NCBI GenBank assembly: GCA_963777155.1
Contig: CAVZPM010000024.1
Span: 1-15,983, forward strand
Length of the DNA stretch: 15,983 nt
DNA from: Candidatus Bathyarchaeota archaeon
GTDB lineage: Archaea; Thermoproteota; Bathyarchaeia; Bathyarchaeales; Bathycorpusculaceae
Direction: 5' to 3'
The notes under the pieces: generated by a model
What the model was told of the DNA's origin: nothing
Database searches by the model: none
The model's input: the letters and a program-made list of their open reading frames with translations, nothing else
Shown: positions 8,015-15,983 of the stretch, piece by piece
How positions within the stretch are numbered: the first letter of the stretch is position 1
Layout of the letters: each line of letters opens with the position of its first letter
Program-made: the position numbers and the translations under genes

Positions 8015-8123
8015 GCTAACGGCTTTTGGGTATTAAAACCAGTCGAGCGCAAAACGATTTTCTTAGACTTCAGAATGTTCTAAAATAATTGGAGATAACA
8101 AATTAGGAAGTATTAATAAAAAA

Positions 8124-8429
8124 TTACAGGGTTAAAAGACCCTTGCGTCTGAGAGTATCTGCTTGTGAGTGGGTGTAACGCCAGACTACATCGCCCCGAG
8201 TATCAGTTTGGAAATCCCATGGTGAAACGATGACTATGTCACCTTCTCGTATCCAGACACGCCGCTTCATTTTTCCCCGGATACGGCATAGGCGTTCGGC
8301 ACCATCTTGACACTTGACCAGAATGCGGTCAAAGCCAAGTAGTTTAATGACTACACCTAAAACTTCGCCCTGTCCAGGATAGACTAATTCACCAATTGCG
8401 CCTTCGCTTAACACTTTTTTCTTTCCCAA
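8124..8429 (-). CDS. eif1a: Translation initiation factor aIF-1A
   Basis: Motifs LLGFDRILVKCQDG, RLCRIRGKMKRRVWIREGDIVIVSPW and GDVVWRY. GAGGT SD at 8437-8441 and a T6 run after the stop. Confidence 0.96.
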   Translation of the reverse strand: MGKKKVLSEGAIGELVYPGQGEVLGVVIKLLGFDRILVKCQDGAERLCRIRGKMKRRVWIREGDIVIVSPWDFQTDTRGDVVWRYTHSQADTLRRKGLLTL

Positions 8430-8749
8430 ACACTAAACCTCGTTCGACTTGAAAAAAAATATGTACAGCTTGCTTAAAAGGGTAATCTCCACAATACCAC
8501 TTTTATTTTTTTCATTTTTCTATTTTTCTGTTTCTTGTTCTTACTCTATTTTAATTACGTTCCAAAAAATCTGTTAAGTTCAGTGTACTTATCTCTCTTG
8601 GAACACAATGACTTCAAACGCGTTCTTGAAAAGAAAACTAACTAAAGAAGATACTAATTCGCATAATTTGCCATAGGCCTCCGAATCTTATCTTAAATCT
8701 TTTATACAACATACTTACAAAATAATAGACAGTAATTAAGAAAGGAATT

Positions 8750-9158
8750 GTGAAAAAAATGACTTATCAAAACTCTCCTCCACCCCCACCACCAAGTGTT
8801 GACACAAAACTATCTAGCATAAAGACCTACATGTTGATAGCGTTCATTTTCTCGCTACTCTTCATGATCGTTTGGGTAGGCGCTGCTCTCTGGACCATAT
8901 TTGTTTTTGCCGCTTTTTGCAGTCGTCGGACTTGGCTTCTTTGTCATACTACCAGCAATCGTCTATTTCGTGTTGTTCGCAGTTTCGCTAATAGTGTTCC
9001 TTAGAATTTGGAAAATGTACAAAGCAGTAAACGCTGGTGACATCGCAACCCTGAAAGCTACAAGCAACATTCTCTGGGCTATCATAGCGCTTATCTTTGC
9101 TGGCGTAATTCCAGGCATAATGCTGATCATTTCTGATGGGCCAATACATCAATTATAG
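8750..9158 (+). CDS. Hypothetical multi-pass membrane protein with N-terminal poly-Pro tract, one +1 frameshift at about 8900-8918 (about 135 aa repaired)
   Basis: ORF 8750..9004 (PPPPPP plus TM helix) and ORF 8901..9158 (further TM helices, ...GVIPGIMLII) join after removing one base. TTTATA-like box near 8700 and a T-rich tract at 9186-9212. Confidence 0.75.
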
Positions 9159-9185
9159 AAACACAAACGCGAAAAAACTTCCAAC

Positions 9186-9212
9186 TTTTCTTTTTTTTGT
9201 TTTGGTGTTTTT
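9186..9212 (+). terminator. Oligo-T terminator
   Basis: Long T-rich tract about 30 nt after stop 9158. Confidence 0.5.
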
Positions 9213-9349
9213 AAGAAGTATTTATCCAACAAGGCAGCTTTTTGGCAAATTAGATTTAGTTTACAATATAGCGCCAACTTTTGTCGATTGTGCCTAATGT
9301 AAGTTTAAATCTCCACCTAAATACTAGTTATTAATGGAGCATCAGTAAT

Positions 9350-10156
9350 TTGTCCTATGTCTTCAACATTCCCTACCGAAACAACAAAAAACTCAAAGCA
9401 GTAATGGAAAAAGTAAAAGATGATAAAAAACTTAAAACATACTGGCGATGCGCAAACGTTATGGCTATTGAACGCATGGGATACACTGATCATGGACCAA
9501 CGCACGTTAAAATCGTGGCAAACATCGCGCTTAAATTGCTCAGGATTCTGGTAGAGAAAGAACTCATCACCCCAAGCATAGTTGAAAACTATAAGATGGA
9601 AAATGATGATGCTGAAGTGGTTGTTGTTTTAGGGTCCATCTTCCATGACCTTGGCATGATTGTACAGCGCCACAATCACGAAAAATACAGCGTGTTCTTG
9701 GCCATGGAGTTCTTCGAAAAATTGCTGACCCCAACTTATAACGAGGAAGAAAAAGCCATAATCACTTCCGAAGTACTGCATGCCATCGTAACCCATGAAG
9801 AACAACCCCGCAACGAACCCTTAAACAAAATCTTGACTAAAGAAGCAGGCATCGTAGGCATCGCTGACGCTTTGGATATGGAAGCTGGAAGAGCACGAAT
9901 TCCGTTTCAATCTGGAAAAGTAGACATCCACGCCGTTTCCGCCTTGTCAATAGAGAAAGTGGATATTGAATTGGCAGAAAATGCGGCAAAACCCATCAAC
10001 ATAAAAATAAAAATGTCAAATTCAGCTGGGGTATTCCAAATAGATGAGCTCCTAAAACCCAGAATAGTTAATTCAGGACTTGAACAATTCTTCCACGTGA
10101 TAGCAGAGATTACAGGTGAAAAAGAAAACCGAATAATAGAAAAATTCGAAATTTAG
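9350..10156 (+). CDS. HD-superfamily metal-dependent phosphohydrolase
   Basis: DHGPTHV, FHDLGM (HD), HAIVTH and ADALD metal-binding motifs. Confidence 0.88.
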   Translation: MSYVFNIPYRNNKKLKAVMEKVKDDKKLKTYWRCANVMAIERMGYTDHGPTHVKIVANIALKLLRILVEKELITPSIVENYKMENDDAEVVVVLGSIFHDLGMIVQRHNHEKYSVFLAMEFFEKLLTPTYNEEEKAIITSEVLHAIVTHEEQPRNEPLNKILTKEAGIVGIADALDMEAGRARIPFQSGKVDIHAVSALSIEKVDIELAENAAKPINIKIKMSNSAGVFQIDELLKPRIVNSGLEQFFHVIAEITGEKENRIIEKFEI

Positions 10157-10173
10157 TTTTAGAGGAAAAGACA

Positions 10174-11898
10174 GTGATTCATGAATACGACGTTGTAGTT
10201 ATCGGAGGCGGAATCGCAGGATTATACACTGCGTTGACAGCCTCAGAGAATGCAAGGGTTGCAGTCGTCAGCAAAGTGCATGTGACACGTTCTCATTCGG
10301 TTGCAGCGCAGGGAGGAATTGCGGCAAGCCTTGGAAACGAGGAGGAAGACCATTGGGAATGGCACATGTACGATACCGTCAAGGGCAGCGATTTTCTGGC
10401 TGATCAAAATGCTGTGGAGATTTTGGCAAAGGAAGCCCCAAACGCCATCTATACTCTTGAGCACCTTGGTGTTCCTTTCAGCAGAAACAGGGAAGGCAAG
10501 ATTGAACAACGCAGGTTCGGAGGGCACACCAGAGTATTCGGTGAATCCCCAGTTAAACGTGCATGCTATGTTTCGGACAGAACTGGACGGGCAATAATGG
10601 ATACACTCTATGATAGGTGCCAACAGAAAGGCGTAGAATTCCACAACGAAATATTCATCCAGCATCTTCTTTTTGAGTTAAACAACTGTTGCGGCGTAGC
10701 AGGATATGACCTGGCAACTACCAATACTCATGTTTTCCATGCAAAAGCAGTGGTGTTAGCTACTGGCGGATGTGGCAAAATATACAAAACCACCAGCAAT
10801 GGCTTCGCATCGACAGGTGATGGTTTTGCCTTGGCGTTGGATGCTGTTTTGCCACTTGAGGATATGGAGTTTGTGCAGTTTCACCCCACTGGCATCTATG
10901 GTCTGGGAATCCTCATAAGCGAAGCAGCAAGAGCAGAAGGCGGTGTTCTACGTAACGGGTTGGGTGAACGCTTCATGGAACGTTATGCTCCGACATTGAA
11001 GGATTTGGCGCCGAGAGATATTGTTTCAAGGGCAATCCTTAGGGAGATAGGCGAGGGCAAAGGCGTAGATGGCAAAGACTACGTTTACTTGGACCTGAGA
11101 GATCTCGGTAAGGAAAGGTTAAATCAGAAACTCCCAGAAATCACATCGTTCGTTAAAACCTACCTTGGATTGGACCCCAGCCAAACGCCGATTCCAGTTG
11201 CGCCAACTTGTCACTACATAATGGGTGGAATCCCAACCGATGTCGATGGGCATGTCTTGGCTAATAAGGCGGGAACTATTTTGCCGGGTCTGTTCGCTGT
11301 TGGGGAGTGTGCATGTGTAAGCGTTCACGGAGCAAACCGTTTGGGTTGCAACTCACTAATTGACCTGGTTGTCTTCGGACGCAGAGCCGGCCAAAGTATC
11401 CTCCGAGAGATTAAGGCAAAGATGCTCCAGGCGTTACCAGTTCAAGCTGAAAGCATTGTTGTAGATAAAATCAATAGTTTACTTGAATGCAAAGGCAGTG
11501 AATGCGTAGCTGTTCTGCGAGAAAACTTGCAGCAATTGATGACGACACAGTGCAGCGTTTTCAGAAACGGGCAAACCCTCAAAAACGCACTTGAACAGAT
11601 TCACCACCTAAAGCAACGCAGCTTAAACATTGGGTTAACAAACAAAACCAAAGTCTTCAACTATGAACTGCAGGAAGCCTTAGAACTAAACAACATGCTA
11701 CGGATTGCTGAGGTCATTGTCTACTCAGCGCTTCTACGCACCGAAAGCCGAGGAGCCCACTTCCGCAGTGACTACCCAGAACGCAACGACGAAGAATGGT
11801 TAAAACATAGCTTAGTTAACGAAACTCCAACTGGTCTTCAGGAAAACTTTAAGCCTCTGGCAGTTGGCAGGTTTGAGCCTGAATTGCGGAGGTACTAA
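10174..11898 (+). CDS. sdhA: Succinate dehydrogenase/fumarate reductase flavoprotein subunit
   Basis: GGGIAG FAD-binding fold, RSHSVAAQGG (covalent-FAD His), QFHPT, LAPRDIVSR, HYIMGG, HGANRLG and ESRGAHFR. GAGGA SD upstream. Confidence 0.95.
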   Translation: MIHEYDVVVIGGGIAGLYTALTASENARVAVVSKVHVTRSHSVAAQGGIAASLGNEEEDHWEWHMYDTVKGSDFLADQNAVEILAKEAPNAIYTLEHLGVPFSRNREGKIEQRRFGGHTRVFGESPVKRACYVSDRTGRAIMDTLYDRCQQKGVEFHNEIFIQHLLFELNNCCGVAGYDLATTNTHVFHAKAVVLATGGCGKIYKTTSNGFASTGDGFALALDAVLPLEDMEFVQFHPTGIYGLGILISEAARAEGGVLRNGLGERFMERYAPTLKDLAPRDIVSRAILREIGEGKGVDGKDYVYLDLRDLGKERLNQKLPEITSFVKTYLGLDPSQTPIPVAPTCHYIMGGIPTDVDGHVLANKAGTILPGLFAVGECACVSVHGANRLGCNSLIDLVVFGRRAGQSILREIKAKMLQALPVQAESIVVDKINSLLECKGSECVAVLRENLQQLMTTQCSVFRNGQTLKNALEQIHHLKQRSLNIGLTNKTKVFNYELQEALELNNMLRIAEVIVYSALLRTESRGAHFRSDYPERNDEEWLKHSLVNETPTGLQENFKPLAVGRFEPELRRY

Positions 11899-11899
11899 A

Positions 11900-12667
11900 A
11901 TGAAGGTTACCCTGAAAGTTTACCGCTTCAACCCAGAAGCAGACACTCAACCCCACTATGACACCTTCAACGTCGAAGCTGATCCAAACGATCGAATCTT
12001 AGACTGCCTAAACAAGGTTCGGTGGCAACAGGACAGCACGCTTTCTTTTCGTATGTCGTGTGCCCATGGAATCTGCGGTTCAGACGGCTTAACAATCAAC
12101 AACCAAGCTGCGCTGGCATGTCAAAAACTAGTTAAAGACTACGATTATTCAATGGAGATTCTGATTGAGCCACTGCGTTACTTTGAGGTTGTTAAGGATT
12201 TGATTGTTGATTTGAAACCTTTTTTTGAAAGAATCACGTCAATCAGTCCAAAGACCCCTCAAAGCAGCGTTTTTGATGCACTTGAAGCTGAGAGGATTCA
12301 AAGTGTAGAGGAACGCAGCCGATTTGACGATGCGTTGAAATGTATTCTCTGTGGTTGTTGCTATGGCGCTTGTCCAGTTATGACGGAGCAGGACCAGGAA
12401 TTTGTGGGTCCAGCTGCGATTCTTCGAGCGCAACGGTACATTTTCGATTCTAGAAATATTGACCAAGCGGAAAGGTTTGCATTGATGCAGAAACCGCATG
12501 GCGTTTGGGGATGCAAAAGCTACTATGCGTGCACGGTGGTTTGTCCAAAGAAAATCAAGGTAACTGAGGCAATCTTAAAAACTAAAAAGAAGATTATAGA
12601 GCAGCAGCAACCAAACAAGAAACAGGTAGAAAAGCGATGGAAACCAGAAGAGAAATCGATCCCTTAG
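11900..12667 (+). CDS. sdhB: Succinate dehydrogenase/fumarate reductase iron-sulfur subunit (start ATG 11900, not 11864)
   Basis: SCAHGICGSD...LAC ([2Fe-2S]), CILCGCCYGACP and CKSYYACTVVCP ([4Fe-4S]/[3Fe-4S] pattern). The ATG is 1 nt after the sdhA stop. Confidence 0.95.
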   Translation: MKVTLKVYRFNPEADTQPHYDTFNVEADPNDRILDCLNKVRWQQDSTLSFRMSCAHGICGSDGLTINNQAALACQKLVKDYDYSMEILIEPLRYFEVVKDLIVDLKPFFERITSISPKTPQSSVFDALEAERIQSVEERSRFDDALKCILCGCCYGACPVMTEQDQEFVGPAAILRAQRYIFDSRNIDQAERFALMQKPHGVWGCKSYYACTVVCPKKIKVTEAILKTKKKIIEQQQPNKKQVEKRWKPEEKSIP

Positions 12668-14022
12668 GAGAGCGGCAAATTCCTAAAAACGCCTACTTCG
12701 GCATACAGACACTTAGGGCAACAGAGAATTTCCCAGTCAGCGGACTAAAAGCGCCAACCCAAATCATCAAAGCATATGTCCTCATAAAAAAAGCCGCTGC
12801 AACAGCCAACATTGAGGTCGGATGGCTGGATACAGAAATCGGTAAAGCCATCATTGCAGCATGTGACGAAGTCCTCGCGGGGAAACTTCTTGACCAATTC
12901 GTAATTGATGTTTTCCAAGCTGGCGCAGGAACATCGTTTAACATGAATGTTAACGAGGTTTTAGCCAACAGAGCCCTTGAGATTCTTGGCAAACAAAAGG
13001 GTGACTATAAGAGTATAGGTCCAAATGACCACGTGAATATGGGTCAATCCACTAATGATACTTATCCGACGGCGTTGCATGTTTCGGTTTTGATGGCGTT
13101 ACAACCTTTGTTTTCTGCGCTTGACGAGTTGTCAAGTACTTTTGAGGAGTTGGGTAGGAAGAATTTGCATGTTTTGAAGTCTGGCAGGACTCATCTGCAG
13201 GATGCGGTTCCAGTTACGATTGGGCAAGAGTTCAGCGCTTATGGCTCAGCAGTTGCCAACGCGTGTACTGAACTCCGCAGAAGGCAGGAAAACCTGTATG
13301 CGGTTGCTTTGGGTGGAACAGCTACAGGAACAGGTGCAAACACACATCCAGACTACAAACGAATCGCCGTCGACGAGTTAGCTAAGCTCACGGGTTTCCC
13401 GCTTAAGCCAGCAAATAACAATTTTGAGGCTCTTCAGAGCCATAGGGCAGCACAGACGGTTTCCAGTGGACTCAAAGAACTCGCCCTTGAATTAATTCGT
13501 GTAGCCAATGATTTGCGTTTGCTTGCTTCAGGACCCACAACAGGGCTAAACGAGATTACTCTTCCGCCGGTGCAGCCTGGTTCATCGATTATGCCTGGAA
13601 AAGTCAACCCGGTTATGGCGGAATGCCTCGACATGGTTGCGTTCCAGGTGGTCGGCAACGACGCCGCAGTCGCTTTGGCAGTCCAAGCAGGACAGCTGGA
13701 GCTAAACGTGATGACTCCTGCAATCGCCTACAACATGCTCTTCAGCATCCAAATTCTCGCCAACTACATCCCGGTCTTCACCAGCAAATGCGTCAAGGGC
13801 ATAACGGTTGATGAGAAACGTTGCGAACAATACCTAGAGAAGAATCCTTCGCTTGCAACACTTCTGGCACCTAAAATCGGCTACTTAGAAGCCGCAAAAA
13901 TCGCCAAGCAAGCACAAGCAGAAAACCGCACCGTAAAAGAAGTTGCCCTGGAAAAAGGATTGCTAAAGAAAGAGGAGCTGGATAAGATTTTTAGCCGCAA
14001 AAACCTGCTAAATGAGCGGTAA
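12637..14022 (+). CDS. aspA: Aspartate ammonia-lyase / class II fumarate hydratase family lyase (motifs closer to AspA)
   Basis: Superfamily signature GSSIMPGKVNP, plus GRTHLQDA. DVFQAGAGTSFNMN and GQLELNVM resemble AspA more than FumC (QTGSGT, GNFELN). The operon context also fits a fumarase. Confidence 0.75.
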   Translation: METRREIDPLGERQIPKNAYFGIQTLRATENFPVSGLKAPTQIIKAYVLIKKAAATANIEVGWLDTEIGKAIIAACDEVLAGKLLDQFVIDVFQAGAGTSFNMNVNEVLANRALEILGKQKGDYKSIGPNDHVNMGQSTNDTYPTALHVSVLMALQPLFSALDELSSTFEELGRKNLHVLKSGRTHLQDAVPVTIGQEFSAYGSAVANACTELRRRQENLYAVALGGTATGTGANTHPDYKRIAVDELAKLTGFPLKPANNNFEALQSHRAAQTVSSGLKELALELIRVANDLRLLASGPTTGLNEITLPPVQPGSSIMPGKVNPVMAECLDMVAFQVVGNDAAVALAVQAGQLELNVMTPAIAYNMLFSIQILANYIPVFTSKCVKGITVDEKRCEQYLEKNPSLATLLAPKIGYLEAAKIAKQAQAENRTVKEVALEKGLLKKEELDKIFSRKNLLNER

Positions 14023-14039
14023 CATAGAGTCTAATTTTT

Positions 14040-15452
14040 TTAATTTATTTTTTTGGTTTTTCTAAACTTTAGAACAGAAATAGAGACTGCCGCTAAAGTA
14101 AGAGCGAATATTCCTACCGCGTAGATGCTGGTTGAATTTGGGTCGATAAGAGGTGATGGCTTTGGAGTTGGCTTTTGTAGTTGCCATGCGGATTCGTTTC
14201 CTGCCTCGTTTTGAAGGGGCATTGATGGCGCATCAGGAATTAACCTTGTATCGTTCCAGTAGATGATGTTTTTGTAACCTGCTGATTCGACAGTTCGATT
14301 TGTGTCTGGATAGACAATGTCTAAGCTGGGTCCAAAGATTTGCAGAAGCGTAGCGATGCTCATTCGGAGGTAACTGGTAAAATTCTGTGATCCCCCAGCA
14401 ACATTGTAGTTGGCATCCCACAACCCCCAGATGGTGTCGTTTGGGCTGCGGAAACCTTCACCGTAGTTCTCGGGAAGAACATAGGCTGACCTGTCGCTTA
14501 CTGGGATTCCTGTTCTTGGGTTTTTTTGTGTGTATTGCCAGAACTGTTTCATGGCGTCGAATTGGTCTTGTTGCAGCACGTTTTCGGTCCAGTTTTTGTT
14601 GCTGTCAAATACAATGATGTATTTTGCGCCGTTTTCGTATGCTGATACCATGTCGTTGTATAGTTGTGGCCCGGGTTCCATGTACGGGGGTTGATTGTAG
14701 GCCCAGGTAATCATTATGCCCCAGTCTTTGTTAAGAGATGTGGCTGCTCCTCTGACTAGAGCAGCATTTAGTTGACGGCTATATGCTTCCCAACCACTGT
14801 TCCAGCCGTACTCGGCAAAAACCGTGTCATACCCAGCTTGATAATCGTACCAGTACAAGCCGTAGTCTGAAGTAAACAATTGGATTTTTGTTTGATTATC
14901 AATATTTCTACCCATCGAAAAGGGTCCACTGCGCAACCACCAATCTATGGTATTCACATACCTATTGGCTGCATCACTGAAGTTTTGGGCATAGTAGAAG
15001 GCTGGATAATTTGCCTGATCCAGCTGTTTTCCGCCCGGTTCATCATAGTAGTAAACGCCCAAGAATTTGCCGCCAAAACTATCAGTCGCATTATCAAGCC
15101 ATTCTTTCGAGGGAAACCTAGGATCGTCGGAGTAGACTATGAAACTCAAACCTTTGCCATAAGCATACTCGCTTATGACGCTAAGTCGAGTTTGATTGTA
15201 GACTGGACGTCCGACAATAGTTTGTGTTGTTGGTCCATAGCATCCAATTATGAATAAATTTGTGTAAGTACTAACTTTGTCGATTATTTGTAGGGTTTCT
15301 GTTAAGTTTTCAAAGGCAACGTCAACCCCAAAGTACAAGTCGGTGGAAGTCTGAGTGCTTTCAGCTTTAGCCGACGAAACTAAATTTGTCAAAAGAGTTG
15401 AAGTCAGCAGGAGAATAAGCAAAACTGCCAATTGCTTTAGTTTCATCAACAA
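14040..15452 (-). CDS. Secreted, C-terminally anchored glycoprotein with possible TIM-barrel glycoside-hydrolase-like domain
   Basis: Sec-type signal peptide (MKLKQLAVLL...AKA), aromatic-rich core with YYYDEPGG and FAEYGW, Pro-rich linker, C-terminal TM helix with basic tail (KFRKTKK), and 12 N-X-S/T sequons. Confidence 0.8.
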   Translation of the reverse strand: MLMKLKQLAVLLILLLTSTLLTNLVSSAKAESTQTSTDLYFGVDVAFENLTETLQIIDKVSTYTNLFIIGCYGPTTQTIVGRPVYNQTRLSVISEYAYGKGLSFIVYSDDPRFPSKEWLDNATDSFGGKFLGVYYYDEPGGKQLDQANYPAFYYAQNFSDAANRYVNTIDWWLRSGPFSMGRNIDNQTKIQLFTSDYGLYWYDYQAGYDTVFAEYGWNSGWEAYSRQLNAALVRGAATSLNKDWGIMITWAYNQPPYMEPGPQLYNDMVSAYENGAKYIIVFDSNKNWTENVLQQDQFDAMKQFWQYTQKNPRTGIPVSDRSAYVLPENYGEGFRSPNDTIWGLWDANYNVAGGSQNFTSYLRMSIATLLQIFGPSLDIVYPDTNRTVESAGYKNIIYWNDTRLIPDAPSMPLQNEAGNESAWQLQKPTPKPSPLIDPNSTSIYAVGIFALTLAAVSISVLKFRKTKKIN

Positions 15453-15559
15453 GGATGACCATAGTATTGACTAATAAGACTTTTCAAAAATAATTTTTTC
15501 GGGACCTGCAATAGAACTTTGCTGAAAATACGAAATAGCTTTTCCTATAAGGAGTCTTC

Positions 15560-15964
15560 TCACATTTTTCTTATTCGATCTAATTCTATTTTACTGCCAG
15601 CTGGGTCAAGTTTTGGTTTGCTTTCCTTGTCCACTAAATATGGCAAGGGGATGTTTTCTTTTTGGGAATATACTTTTGTTCCTTTTTTGATTGCGAACCA
15701 GTGTCCTTTTTCTCCTTGAAAGGAGAACATAATCCCGGACATAAAATTCCTGCTGGTTGTTCCTGAGTAGACAGTGTTGTTTTCTGTTTCGGACAGACGT
15801 TTGAACCTCCAAACAATGTTGTCATCTACCTGCGTCCATGAGCCTTCGTTGGCTCCGGCTAAGTACGCAAAGGTACCGTCAAAATTGAAGTACAGTGGAG
15901 TCCAATGGTAATTTCCAGTGGGTCCCCAGTCAAAGTGCAAAGTCCACAAACCAACAGGGTTCAC
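15560..15964 (-). CDS. Hypothetical protein, beta-strand-rich (W/F/G-rich) N-terminal domain
   Basis: 134 aa, GTG start preceded by a GAGGGA SD. Protein-like amphipathic beta patterns (GLWTLHFDW, FNFDGTF, GSWTQ). Confidence 0.7.
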   Translation of the reverse strand: MNPVGLWTLHFDWGPTGNYHWTPLYFNFDGTFAYLAGANEGSWTQVDDNIVWRFKRLSETENNTVYSGTTSRNFMSGIMFSFQGEKGHWFAIKKGTKVYSQKENIPLPYLVDKESKPKLDPAGSKIELDRIRKM

Positions 15965-15983
15965 AGGTAATATCCCTCAGCCA

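Larger units (their letters stand above)
5303..8048. repeat. Direct tandem duplication, unit 1373 bp (A 5303-6675, B 6676-8048), covering rio1, most of the KH gene and 34 bp of rio1 upstream sequence
   Basis: Constant 1373-bp offset with no indels. About 35 substitutions by manual alignment (about 97.5% identity). Confidence 0.97.

Noticed and set aside
5303-8048. Diversity-generating retroelement (TR/VR) or mobile element as the cause of the repeat
   Set aside because: Differences are synonymous, not adenine-specific, and the window has no reverse transcriptase, transposase, terminal inverted repeats or target-site duplication.
11864-11899. N-terminal extension of SdhB from the ORF track
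   Set aside because: It overlaps sdhA. ATG 11900 gives a typical SdhB start (MKVTLKVYRFNP).
12637-12667. 31-nt sdhB/aspA overlap as a regulatory feature
   Set aside because: The SdhB tail here is low-complexity, and overlaps of this size are common in operons.
10243-13811. Alternative-frame and antisense ORFs within sdhA, sdhB and aspA
   Set aside because: Fully nested in well-supported genes, with no recognisable motifs.
1-15983. CRISPR arrays, tRNA or rRNA genes
   Set aside because: I saw no regularly spaced short repeats, cloverleaf/T-loop consensus or rRNA-like sequence on either strand.

Overview
Archaeal chromosomal window, probably TACK/Bathyarchaeia-like (inferred from the aIF-1A-Rio1-KH cluster, UPF0282 hydrolase, frequent TTG/GTG starts, GGTGA/GAGG SD motifs and oligo-T terminators). 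Order: 3' part of a mobA-like gene; GDT1/TMEM165 transporter and UPF0282 metallo-beta-lactamase-fold gene (-); msrA (+); an AT-rich patch of small hypothetical genes, including an ABM-domain gene missing from the ORF track; an exact-length 1373-bp tandem duplication of rio1 + KH-domain (Dim2/Pno1-like) genes; aIF-1A; a small membrane protein; an HD hydrolase-sdhA-sdhB-aspA/fumC-family operon with no membrane-anchor genes; a surface-anchored glycoprotein; and a hypothetical gene. Two signals stand out. (1) The two rio1-KH copies differ at about 35 sites by manual count, 33 of them synonymous, in a patchy pattern, with a microhomology junction that rewrites one KH C-terminus. (2) All seven +1 frameshifts can be read as 4-base 'codons' whose 3rd and 4th bases are synonymous wobble alternatives (CTAG, ATAT, TATC, TACT, AATC, CTTG, ATAT). 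This most likely reflects a consensus built from mixed strain haplotypes rather than pseudogenisation.
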